From positions 1 to 58,217 of the IMG/VR virus record IMGVR_UViG_3300029825_000010: DNA of 58,217 nucleotides. One strand, written 5' to 3'. Below, one piece after another: positions 38,945 through 47,839 of the stretch. Origin of the DNA: a virus. Taxonomy: Duplodnaviria > Caudoviricetes. The notes below the pieces were generated by a model. That model saw nothing but the letters and a program-made list of their open reading frames with translations. It did not search any database and was not told where the DNA came from. A program made the translations under genes and the position numbers. Each line of letters starts with the position of its first letter. The stretch's first letter is position 1.

Positions 38945-39733
38945 TTAGCTAATAAATAAATCACGTTGAAACTCCTTTAACTTTTTAAGTCTTTCGTGTT
39001 CTTTCTTATGGCATGATTTACACAGCGTAATACCGTTTGATATTTCATATCTCAGCGATATGTCAACACTCCAGGGTATTACATGATGAGCATTCAATCT
39101 CACGCCTATTGCTCCACATGCTCTGCAAGTGTAATTATCTCTTGTAAAGACACTGCGCCTCCAATTTTTATATTCAGGCAAACTTCTCTTTAGTCCATTG
39201 CGTATAGCTCTTTCTTCATCTGTCATTTCTGTATTCCACTGCTGATGATTATCTCCTCTGTTGAATACATGCCAGCATTTCATTGAACAAAATCTTCCAT
39301 GTCCGCGTATAATTTGATGAGGTTTTGCATAAAATGACTTATGGCAGACAAGACAATTTCTTGAAGTCTTTGTTGTAAATCCCGTGTCCCTACACGCAGC
39401 AGAACAATATTTGCTGCTATCAGAATAGGAATAAAATGACTTCCCGCATGTTTTGCAAAACTTTTCAATTTTATGGTTTCGATTGCTATTATAGCACGCG
39501 GACGAACAATACCTAATATTATAATTCCTGTTTGCTTCAGATGCTTTTCTATAATATGTCGCCCCACACACAGAGCACACATATTCAGCTCCATTTCTTT
39601 TACTTTTATCTGCACATTCTTTTGAACAGTATTTATTTCTTCCACATGCAATTTCGCTAGGACTACGATGAAACCTATTTCCGCAAATCAAGCACACGCA
39701 ATTATTATCTTTTACTTTTGACATTTTGTCCAA
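38945..39733 (-). CDS. HNH endonuclease with four N-terminal CxxC...YCS..C zinc-ribbon repeats
   Basis: WRRSVFTRDNYTCRACG...LNAHHV...NGITLCKSCH. Confidence 0.88.
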   Translation of the reverse strand: MDKMSKVKDNNCVCLICGNRFHRSPSEIACGRNKYCSKECADKSKRNGAEYVCSVCGATYYRKASEANRNYNIRYCSSACYNSNRNHKIEKFCKTCGKSFYSYSDSSKYCSAACRDTGFTTKTSRNCLVCHKSFYAKPHQIIRGHGRFCSMKCWHVFNRGDNHQQWNTEMTDEERAIRNGLKRSLPEYKNWRRSVFTRDNYTCRACGAIGVRLNAHHVIPWSVDISLRYEISNGITLCKSCHKKEHERLKKLKEFQRDLFIS

Positions 39734-39876
39734 CTATCAATATCATCTTTATTAAAACGATGATACTTCCCAACCCTAAGAGATGGCATGCCATTGTCAA
39801 TAAGACGATAAATCTGTCTAATAGACACACCAAGATAGCTTGCCAACTCTCTTACTGTTAATAATTTGACTTCCAT
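39712..39876 (-). CDS. excisionase-like HTH_17 DNA-binding protein (start moved to ATG 39876)
   Basis: LLTVRELASYLGVS..QIYRLI..GMPSLRVG..HRF; AAGGAG RBS. Confidence 0.8.
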   Translation of the reverse strand: MEVKLLTVRELASYLGVSIRQIYRLIDNGMPSLRVGKYHRFNKDDIDSWTKCQK

Positions 39877-39921
39877 TTTAATCTCCTTGTTGGTGTCAAG
39901 AATACACAGCGTCATATCTTG

Positions 39922-41064
39922 TCAAGCATTTTCTTTAATTTGCGCTTTTAGCAGACCTTCTACAAGCCCACGGGTCGGGGCGTCGAGGCTGCTAATGCGG
40001 ATTGTGGCTATGGTTTTGTCGTCAACACCAATAAGATGAAACCATATATGTATTCCGTTAGTTGACACTGGTCTAACTGTACCACTCAGGCATCCGATTC
40101 TGACTACAATCTCGGAGGGCTTGAGCTTACGCAGTATCTCACCTGGAGATATTACTTCGCCATAATTCGTTTTGTAGCACCCCATGCCACCTAAATAATC
40201 AACAAGCTTTCTTTGTCCTTGTTTAGCAATACACTCCACCCAGTCGCCGACCTCAAACTGATCTTTGTCTGGCTCAGGTTTAATCTCATATCCTGTTCCA
40301 CCACAGCGTTTGCAGATAACGTAGTCTGGTTCACGAGGCGGCTCAGGCTCAGGCATTGGCATGTTGGCTTCCCTTTTTGTCAACTCCCAGTCTCCAATGT
40401 TCCACCATCTATATTTGCCATTGTTAAGGTAGGACGTAAGGCTCTCTGGTGTGAATATCAGGTCTTGATACCATGTCCTGATGTTCATGCCCTGCTCTTT
40501 TGCCCGCAAGATTAGATTTCTTAGGGGTCTCTCTTTCGGCTCTGGCTCAGGCTCTTTGTAGAGTTGCCAGCCGGTTTTGGCTACATCTTTTTTGCCAAAC
40601 TCAAGCTTGCTCCTGATTGTACCAATATATGCAAGGTTATCCATATCGTAATACTGGACATTCCCATCTTGGTTAAGTGCCAAATACACATTTCCAATAG
40701 CACCTTTGTAACTCACTTTCTTTCCCTGCATCATCTGATACAAAGCCCACCAGCGTGAGCCTTCATCTACTGGGCAGCCGATGATTTCAAGCGTATGGAT
40801 GCTTGCAATACAGTAGTCTTGGTTGAGGGAGTTTTTTTCGTATGCGTGTAGTGTATTGCTGTAAAATGGATTTTCTTTGATTTTTTGAGCAACAAACAGT
40901 TTGCCTATGACGTCAGAATAAGACGCGTCTTTGTTAAACATCCCCATCGGGCTATCATCCTGTATCAATCGCACAAGACACGGCATTTCTGCGTCTGGCG
41001 TTAATGGTACGGGCTCATCCAGCATGCGGAAAAGCTCGCCATCCTGTTCCTTGAAATTAATCAT
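39922..41064 (-). CDS. mosaic hypothetical protein with PEPEP linkers
   Basis: three EPEP-type linkers, CxxCGGTG segment. Confidence 0.6.
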   Translation of the reverse strand: MINFKEQDGELFRMLDEPVPLTPDAEMPCLVRLIQDDSPMGMFNKDASYSDVIGKLFVAQKIKENPFYSNTLHAYEKNSLNQDYCIASIHTLEIIGCPVDEGSRWWALYQMMQGKKVSYKGAIGNVYLALNQDGNVQYYDMDNLAYIGTIRSKLEFGKKDVAKTGWQLYKEPEPEPKERPLRNLILRAKEQGMNIRTWYQDLIFTPESLTSYLNNGKYRWWNIGDWELTKREANMPMPEPEPPREPDYVICKRCGGTGYEIKPEPDKDQFEVGDWVECIAKQGQRKLVDYLGGMGCYKTNYGEVISPGEILRKLKPSEIVVRIGCLSGTVRPVSTNGIHIWFHLIGVDDKTIATIRISSLDAPTRGLVEGLLKAQIKENA

Positions 41065-41066
41065 TA

Positions 41067-41330
41067 TTATCTCCTTGCATAAATTTGTTTGAATGAGTTA
41101 TTTTTTGAAAGACTTGCAATTTCCTTAATATATCTTTCAAGTTCTGCATCATCATAATCATTAAGATTTTGCCAATACAAAAACAGCGCAAGACCAACAA
41201 GGTAGCCTTGATTAAATTCACGGCCAAGTATTTCTATCAATGGCTGTGTGCATGGGATTGAATATGCAAGCAAATTATTTGATTCCCATACTTTATTCAG
41301 CTCACGCTTTAATTTAGCCATTGCACACAT
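41067..41330 (-). CDS. hypothetical protein
   Basis: ORF. Confidence 0.5.
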   Translation of the reverse strand: MCAMAKLKRELNKVWESNNLLAYSIPCTQPLIEILGREFNQGYLVGLALFLYWQNLNDYDDAELERYIKEIASLSKNNSFKQIYARR

Positions 41331-41447
41331 GATTTTTCTCCAATCCGTTATCCTTAAAATATTCCCTTTTTCTTACTTTGTTTTTCATGGTTATCTCCTT
41401 ATTGGTTAATTGGGGCAGAGATTTGCTCCGCCCCATATATGTCATAA

Positions 41448-41642
41448 TTATCCCAAAAAACGAACCAGTGCTTTCTTGCAAAGAGAAAGAAGGTATTGTT
41501 CGTATTGTTGATTGCCGGTCACGCAGTTATGTAACCTGCTGTCCTGCATAGCTTTTAAGAAAGCCTCTTTGTCTTTTCTGTGAATTGCATCATCCATGCT
41601 TAGAAAAAGCTGGGTGGCGATTGATTCTGACTTAATACTCAT
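41448..41642 (-). CDS. hypothetical protein
   Basis: AAGGAG RBS. Confidence 0.55.
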   Translation of the reverse strand: MSIKSESIATQLFLSMDDAIHRKDKEAFLKAMQDSRLHNCVTGNQQYEQYLLSLCKKALVRFLG

Positions 41643-41660
41643 GATATTCTCCTTTTAGTT

Positions 41661-41957
41661 TTAGTTGAAACTTCCCATTGTAAGGAAGTCTTTTTCTGAT
41701 TGAACTGTTTTATCGTAATCAGGCTGGGGCAAGTCTGACTCAACAGTCTTTAACCACTCATCATACCCATTGTTTGCAGGCATGATTGTTTGCAAACTTG
41801 GTTCTGGAACAAAACAAGAGGTCATCCTGCCAGTATACACTCCATTCTTGTAAACTTCTGTTTCATAAATCCAGCCACCGGGAACACGAATCACAATCCT
41901 GCGATTAAATACATACTCTTCATGTATTTCCATCTCCAATAGTTCTTTAACTGTCAT
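41661..41957 (-). CDS. hypothetical protein
   Basis: AAGGAG RBS; RVPGGWIY...FVP. Confidence 0.6.
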   Translation of the reverse strand: MTVKELLEMEIHEEYVFNRRIVIRVPGGWIYETEVYKNGVYTGRMTSCFVPEPSLQTIMPANNGYDEWLKTVESDLPQPDYDKTVQSEKDFLTMGSFN

Positions 41958-41983
41958 ATGTTTCTCCTTCTATTTGTTGATAG

Positions 41984-43510
41984 TTATCCTTCCATAAACT
42001 CTTTAAGCTTCGGGAACACAAATGTGCCGTCCACAGAGTTTGTTAGGTTCAAATTGCGAATAATACTAAGCGGAACAAAATACGCAAGATAAGGAATAAA
42101 TCCAACCGTAATGTCTATTTGATTGTGACCAAACCTATGCTTGGCTATTAGTATTTTGCTTATAAAATACGATGACGCAGCCTCTGTGCCCAACATAATT
42201 TTCTTGATGCCAACCGACCATTCACGATAAACAAAAATAACATGAGTGGCATCTTGCTTCAGGGCTGACGAGCCAAATAGCCTGTCAAGATTAGGTTTAT
42301 GAATTACTGCGCCATTTTTGTCACTCACCGGCTTGTTTAACTGTGAGAGAGCTATGGTGTGTGTCTCGAGACGCATGGCAAGCTTTTTGAGAAACCTTGA
42401 TACTGCCCTGTAAACCTCATCTTCACGCCTGTTTCTTCCACCATCCTTGACGTCCTCAACAAGTTGCAAATAGTCTATCACAATCAAGTCTATACTGCCG
42501 TATGTTGAGTACACCATATTGCTTTTGGAGTTGATGTCACGCAATGTGGACACATTTGAATCAACCATGAAGTTTGGTGCGACAGTAGATAGTTGACACT
42601 TGAAACTATTAAGCATTGCAATTTTCTCGGCTGGCGTCAACTCGGTCATAAACTTCTGGACTGTTATATTATTCTCAATACAGCAAAGCTTGGTGAGCAA
42701 TTCATCTTCCGTCATTTCAAGTGAGAAAAACAGTATGCGTCTATGCTCCCAAATTTCTTTGCCATTATCATCTAATCGTGGTCTGCCTGTATCGAGGTCA
42801 ATTACCTTCTTTTTTTGTTTGGCTATGTTCCAGGCAATTTGCAGGGATAGGCTTGTTTTTCCGTGACCAGTATCACCGGCGATTATTGTTTGATTGCCCG
42901 GAGCAAACCAAACATATTTATCAATCATCGGAATATTGGCATGAACTATCGTCTGGTCGCCGTCAACGCTGGACTTGTTTTTCTCAATCATGGTATCAGT
43001 AACATCCAGCAATGTGCGTGGTTGTTTCCTGTCCTTTTCGGAAAAGAACTCTGAATACTTGTTTATGATAGCCTGTAACTGACCAGCCGTTGCTTTTCCG
43101 TCTTTTGCAGTAGTTACGACATCAATGCCCATAGCATAATATTTCTCAACCTTGAACTTGTCCAGTATTATGTCCATGTAAGATTGAATATGCGAAACAT
43201 TTTCATTTGCACGGTATTTCTTAATGTTTGCTATCTCGTCACGGTGTTTACCTGTTTTGGGGTCAAGTAAATCCAATGCTATCTGGCCTGTGCTGTCTCG
43301 TGTGACCGACATTGAGTTTTCTACAGTAATATCCGTAATGTTGTGGTCATTTTCCCATAGCCACTTTATGCAACGCCACATCATCTTATACCTAAGCTCA
43401 GTGAAATGCCTTTCTTCCAAATATCTATTTGCAGTATCAAAGGCAGATTCACCATGATTAAGTATTATTGACAGGATTGCTCGCTGGGCTTGAGTGTAAG
43501 AATTTATCAT
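41984..43510 (-). CDS. dnaB: DnaB-like replicative helicase (start likely ATG 43510)
   Basis: AGDTGHGKT, FFSLEM, VIDYLQL, LSQLN, GSSALKQDA, KHRFG. Confidence 0.92.
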   Translation of the reverse strand: MINSYTQAQRAILSIILNHGESAFDTANRYLEERHFTELRYKMMWRCIKWLWENDHNITDITVENSMSVTRDSTGQIALDLLDPKTGKHRDEIANIKKYRANENVSHIQSYMDIILDKFKVEKYYAMGIDVVTTAKDGKATAGQLQAIINKYSEFFSEKDRKQPRTLLDVTDTMIEKNKSSVDGDQTIVHANIPMIDKYVWFAPGNQTIIAGDTGHGKTSLSLQIAWNIAKQKKKVIDLDTGRPRLDDNGKEIWEHRRILFFSLEMTEDELLTKLCCIENNITVQKFMTELTPAEKIAMLNSFKCQLSTVAPNFMVDSNVSTLRDINSKSNMVYSTYGSIDLIVIDYLQLVEDVKDGGRNRREDEVYRAVSRFLKKLAMRLETHTIALSQLNKPVSDKNGAVIHKPNLDRLFGSSALKQDATHVIFVYREWSVGIKKIMLGTEAASSYFISKILIAKHRFGHNQIDITVGFIPYLAYFVPLSIIRNLNLTNSVDGTFVFPKLKEFMEG

Positions 43511-43517
43511 GTTTTCC

Positions 43518-44063
43518 TCATTCGACAACAATCACGCCAAGCATCTCGTCTTCAGTTTCTTGATGAACTTCTGTGATTCCTGCCTGTCGTTCTGCTATCA
43601 TTTTAGACTTTATTTTCTCGTAGAGCGTCATTCCATCTTGGCGAGGTATCGCTACAGTATTAATTGATGTATTCAATATTCCTGACCAGAACTTGTCTGT
43701 AATTGAGTATGCAAGAACCTCAATAATTGTCTCGATATTTTCACCACTTCTCATCAACCTCCTAATTTGATTACGTGCGGCATCGGGTTTTGCTTTTATT
43801 GCTATTATCTGGCTCGTATTTACGCCTGTTTTAAGCTTTTCATCGGTAAACCAATCAATAACCAGCTTTGATATTATCATCTTATCTTTTTCTACGCAAT
43901 AACCTGAAAGGCTTTCCATCAGTGTAGATATTGATTCTCTGAAGTCCGTGCCAACATTATTGTCATGCTCGATTACCAACATATGGCGTCCCAAAGCGCC
44001 GGCAGCAACGGACAAGATTCTGTATGGAACGCCATCAATAATTAGTCGTGTGCCCTCTTTCAT
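43518..44063 (-). CDS. protein resembling the C-terminal domain of phage replication initiators
   Basis: IRRLM...IIEVL.Y...DKFWSGIL motif; directly upstream of dnaB. Confidence 0.45.
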   Translation of the reverse strand: MKEGTRLIIDGVPYRILSVAAGALGRHMLVIEHDNNVGTDFRESISTLMESLSGYCVEKDKMIISKLVIDWFTDEKLKTGVNTSQIIAIKAKPDAARNQIRRLMRSGENIETIIEVLAYSITDKFWSGILNTSINTVAIPRQDGMTLYEKIKSKMIAERQAGITEVHQETEDEMLGVIVVE

Positions 44064-45187
44064 TATTTTAACTCTCTTGGCAATGATTTGTAGAAATTAC
44101 AGAATTTGTTAACTGGGCAATACGATTCACATCTTGTTGATTTGGCAGGCCTTTTAATTATGCTAAACAAGCTCAATGCCTTCTGGTGCGAAGCATAGGG
44201 GTCTTTGCCTTTGTGTATTTCTTTCTCAGCTATTTTCTGTGCTTCCGCATCCATCCAAGATTTTGCCGCAGCATAAGAATACTCAACTTTGCTGGCCTTA
44301 ATGTTACCACGCTTCATGACAGCATAAGTATCGTGACCTTGCCACCTGTATTTGGCAGAACAAACCGGGATTGCATCGTCCATAACCATTTTGTATTTAT
44401 CAAACTCGGCAACCTTTTGTTCAATTATTTGCTCCACAATATCAAGACCAAGTAATGGTATTTCTATTGTCTCTATTGGGTCTGGATAATTGCGCTCACG
44501 TTTTGAATTGGTTTTTGAGTAATCACGCATAAGTAGGTTTATGTATAGTTTCTTGACTGGATACCCCTCATTCTCTAAGAAGAGTCTATACATATTTAGC
44601 TGGAGAGTCCAGTCCTCCATTGTTGAGTTGCCGGGCTGATTTCTGTATATCCATTTGTAAATGGAGCTAAACTTATAATCATGCAGGGATTGTTCTTCTG
44701 TGTCATATAAGTCAAAACCACCAGCCACAACCTTGCCTGTTTTTGTGACATACTTAAATCGTTTCTCAATTAGGTATCTCTCCTCGGGCAAGAGTGAAAG
44801 CAAATAGCCAAGACGTTGACCGGCTCCGACGTCACCATCTCCAATTATAAAGCTCATAAAGGCGGCTTCAATCTCGCCAGGGTTTTTGCTAACTTCACCG
44901 TTATGCACTTTCTCAAAGAAGGCTCGGACGCGGCTGAGAACAGTAAACTCCACATCGTGTTCGTTGGCTCGTTCAAGGATGGCATGCATCGCCGAGCCCA
45001 TGAGCATGTATAGTTTTTCGGAAACGTCCTCATCAATTTCGTGTTTATGTCGATTGAATAGGTGAAATGCTTTTGGCTCTTGCAGTAATTGTGTTACCGA
45101 ATAATCTCTCTTTTCTCCGGAGCCACTATACCAGTCTTTTTGCGCGGCTCGAACGATAGCTTCATTTAGGTGTTTGTCATTTCTCAT
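44063..45187 (-). CDS. Cas4-like PD-(D/E)xK exonuclease
   Basis: GSAMH..LE, GGFDLYD, DYK, QLNMY, C-terminal C...C.YCP...C. Confidence 0.8.
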   Translation of the reverse strand: MRNDKHLNEAIVRAAQKDWYSGSGEKRDYSVTQLLQEPKAFHLFNRHKHEIDEDVSEKLYMLMGSAMHAILERANEHDVEFTVLSRVRAFFEKVHNGEVSKNPGEIEAAFMSFIIGDGDVGAGQRLGYLLSLLPEERYLIEKRFKYVTKTGKVVAGGFDLYDTEEQSLHDYKFSSIYKWIYRNQPGNSTMEDWTLQLNMYRLFLENEGYPVKKLYINLLMRDYSKTNSKRERNYPDPIETIEIPLLGLDIVEQIIEQKVAEFDKYKMVMDDAIPVCSAKYRWQGHDTYAVMKRGNIKASKVEYSYAAAKSWMDAEAQKIAEKEIHKGKDPYASHQKALSLFSIIKRPAKSTRCESYCPVNKFCNFYKSLPRELK

Positions 45188-45575
45188 CTTCTACTCCTTC
45201 TTTCATTGCCTCAGCAAAAACCCTCACAAACAGTGATTCCTCCATGTAAAAAAATCTGGATGTCTTATCTTTTTTGGTCATTTTGAACAGACGCTTGAAT
45301 GATTCTTCTGTAATCACAATGTATCGACCCGTGCGATATGGATTTGAAACACCTTCCTGTCCATCTTGCACTTCAACTATCATGATGCCAACTTCCATGT
45401 TATGCTTACATGTGTCACATGGTTCATTTGAAAATACTGCGCCCTTTGCGCCAATATCATCTACACTTTTCCCGCCAAGAGCAACACCTATTGGCTCGCC
45501 ACAATATCCGCAGAGAGACATTGCCACTCCGAGCTTGGGCTGACCCTTATCGTCCTTGAATAACTTAATACTCAT
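45177..45575 (-). CDS. zinc-finger hypothetical protein
   Basis: CGYCGE...EPCDTC, PYRTG. Confidence 0.6.
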   Translation of the reverse strand: MSIKLFKDDKGQPKLGVAMSLCGYCGEPIGVALGGKSVDDIGAKGAVFSNEPCDTCKHNMEVGIMIVEVQDGQEGVSNPYRTGRYIVITEESFKRLFKMTKKDKTSRFFYMEESLFVRVFAEAMKEGVEDEK

Positions 45576-45576
45576 A

Positions 45577-46110
45577 TCATACTCCTTGTGAATTAAAGTC
45601 TATAAATCTTCGTGAGCCTATCATATCGGCTGTGTGAACTATTATTTGGTATAGACTAAACCCACCAGTCCACTCTTTCGTGAAACAACCATTGTGTGCT
45701 TGAATGCAGTCAAGAATTATTTGATACCAGAGTGGTTCTTCATCAAGAAAAAACCCTGATTCTTTCATAATTCTGTCAATTTCCTTAACTGCCAGAAGCC
45801 CATGATGCTTGACAGTCCATTTAGATGTGCCATCATACTTCCAACCATCGTGAAGCAAGCACGCAGATAATACGATGTCAGGATTAACTTTATACATTTT
45901 TGTATCCAGCATTGTTTTAGCTATCCAAAACATGAGCTTGGTATGTTCTACGAGACCACCCGCACCTGCCGATGTTTTAGAATGATACTTCCCCGTTGAC
46001 GAGGCAGGCTTATACCAAAACTCTTGTGGAAAATTACTTATAACCTTTTCCGTAAATGACAGTATCTCCATGTCTTTGATTAAGGATAATTCCTTTGCAA
46101 ATATATTCAT
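45577..46110 (-). CDS. HD-domain phosphohydrolase (start likely ATG 46110)
   Basis: PASSTGKYH, GGLVEHT, LLHD, H..G, HTAD. Confidence 0.82.
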   Translation of the reverse strand: MNIFAKELSLIKDMEILSFTEKVISNFPQEFWYKPASSTGKYHSKTSAGAGGLVEHTKLMFWIAKTMLDTKMYKVNPDIVLSACLLHDGWKYDGTSKWTVKHHGLLAVKEIDRIMKESGFFLDEEPLWYQIILDCIQAHNGCFTKEWTGGFSLYQIIVHTADMIGSRRFIDFNSQGV

Positions 46111-46118
46111 TTTTTCTC

Positions 46119-46544
46119 CTATAACTGTATTTCTCTCTGCCCATAAGCGATTAATCTTGATTGCCATCTTCCCTTGCAATTATCCGCAAATTCGCTTGCT
46201 GGTGTGCCTATGTAAACCGGGAATGATAGATTATTGTGTGAATATTTATCCCAACATTGCACAGGGATAGCCAATTGTCTTTCTTTCCCAAATGATACAA
46301 ACATATTAAGCTTTGAGCGAAGGGATTGGATTGTGGAAAGTGATACCACATACCTTTCTTTTTTATCTGTATCAATAACAAACTTTTCTGCGCCACAATT
46401 TATGACATCAATATTAATGCACCATGACTCCAATACTCGATAAAAATGCCTTTCATGGTTTCGCTTCATGAAAAGCGTTTTCTCCTTAAGTTTGCCAATT
46501 GTTTTACCGTTAATCTTAACGGATTTGTTCTCTATGGTTGTCAT
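46119..46544 (-). CDS. hypothetical protein (start moved to ATG 46544)
   Basis: AAGGAG RBS. Confidence 0.55.
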   Translation of the reverse strand: MTTIENKSVKINGKTIGKLKEKTLFMKRNHERHFYRVLESWCINIDVINCGAEKFVIDTDKKERYVVSLSTIQSLRSKLNMFVSFGKERQLAIPVQCWDKYSHNNLSFPVYIGTPASEFADNCKGRWQSRLIAYGQREIQL

Positions 46545-46627
46545 AGATTCTCCTTTCGCTCGGTGAGCGGGACAGGGAGAGGAAAATAAAAACACCTGCC
46601 CCGCACCGAGTTATACATTAGATTAGA

Positions 46628-47488
46628 TTAGATTAGGTCTGAGTCTTGAGCTTGCTCTGAATTAGTATCAAAGCTTGCCTCAAATAAGTTGTGGTCGAAG
46701 CTCAAGCCAACTTTTTTCAGGTTTTTCTTAAGCAGTCTGATGCGCAAATCATCCCACGCCTTGCCTGAAAGCTGAATAGCCTTATGGTCTTTACTCATGA
46801 TTTTATCAAGAGCTTCTTGCACGGCCTTTGGCTCTTCTATATTATCATCAAGCATTTCTGCAAAGGACTTTTCCGTTTCAGGATGGTAAAACAGCACAAA
46901 ATCAAACACGGGCTGTGTTTCTTTCTCGTAATTTGGCATCCAGATTGTGGTGGCTTGAGACTTAGCATTCTCATATCCAACCGGGTCAGATTGCCTGCTC
47001 GGAATTGGGTTGCCGGTATAGCCATTGATGCCATAGCTGTCTGGGTATTTCTGGTAGAAGTTGAGGACTATGCCGACCTGCTTTCCAATCAAATCAACAT
47101 AGCTCGGGACTTCAATCTCACGTTCCACAAACTGTCCGTCAACAAATTCACCGTCTTTAATTCTTGTGGTTCCGATGGTGTCTCTTGCGCCGGTTATGCC
47201 AAATAGTGTTCTGAGTTTGCTGGCATAAAAGCCCTCGTCGCCATTTGCAGCACGGATATGTTTTGCGTCCTGACGATATACCTTACCGTTTGGCATCTGG
47301 AAGGCGAGGGTAATGAACACAGAACCATTCTTAGATTGGGATAAGGATGCCTGAGTAACTGTTACTACATATTTGCCAGAAACCCCACCAGACGGTGCAT
47401 CTGCCTTAGCAGCTGAATCGATATTTTCTTGGGAAGTCATGTCCATGCTCGGAAGGTTGCGGAAGTCGTTGATGTTGTTATTAGTCAT
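46628..47488 (-). CDS. putative single-stranded DNA-binding protein (DUF669-like OB fold)
   Basis: GKYVVTVTQA...SKNG...ITLAF, DLIGKQV; acidic C-terminal tail; adjacent to AAA ATPase. Confidence 0.55.
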   Translation of the reverse strand: MTNNNINDFRNLPSMDMTSQENIDSAAKADAPSGGVSGKYVVTVTQASLSQSKNGSVFITLAFQMPNGKVYRQDAKHIRAANGDEGFYASKLRTLFGITGARDTIGTTRIKDGEFVDGQFVEREIEVPSYVDLIGKQVGIVLNFYQKYPDSYGINGYTGNPIPSRQSDPVGYENAKSQATTIWMPNYEKETQPVFDFVLFYHPETEKSFAEMLDDNIEEPKAVQEALDKIMSKDHKAIQLSGKAWDDLRIRLLKKNLKKVGLSFDHNLFEASFDTNSEQAQDSDLI

Positions 47489-47509
47489 TTTGTTCTCCTT
47501 TTTTTATTG

Positions 47510-47782
47510 TTATCTTAGTATGGTTTTTTGGGTTTTGGTCGTTGTATTGACGCCATCAACACGATAAGAAATCATGTATGGCACATCAAACTTTGAATCG
47601 ATGGAACGAATCCAGTCACGGCACTCTTTCTCTGAATTCATCATATCAGCTTCAATCTCTCCTGTGGTGGTGTTTGTTACATAATACACACGATTGTGCC
47701 AGTTCTTGGTCTTGACTTGTTTAGGGTCTGGCATGATTACATCTTGGTCTTGAATCTCGATTTTGTCTTGTTCTTCGTACAT
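47510..47782 (-). CDS. hypothetical protein
   Basis: AAGGAG RBS. Confidence 0.55.
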   Translation of the reverse strand: MYEEQDKIEIQDQDVIMPDPKQVKTKNWHNRVYYVTNTTTGEIEADMMNSEKECRDWIRSIDSKFDVPYMISYRVDGVNTTTKTQKTILR

Positions 47783-47839
47783 TTCTACTCCTTAGTAATT
47801 ATTTTTGGGGTTAAGTGTTTCACTTTCTTTTTTATGACC

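Larger units (their letters stand above)
37654..39957 (-). repeat. dispersed boundary repeat TGCTRAARGCACAGGAGGAAGA (6 full or partial copies)
   Basis: copies at about 37654-37675, 37839-37856, 38305-38331, 38574-38600, 38908-38928 and partial 39941-39957. Confidence 0.8.

Noticed and set aside
39712-39876. Excisionase as evidence of a temperate lifestyle
   Set aside because: No integrase, repressor or att site recognised; HTH_17 proteins are often plain regulators
44063-45187. CRISPR-Cas system
   Set aside because: The Cas4-like nuclease is solitary in a recombination module; no array or other cas genes
29855-46110. Z-genome (2-aminoadenine) pathway suggested by DUF5664, MazG and HD
   Set aside because: No PurZ-like synthetase or phage DNA polymerase recognised; the genes are dispersed
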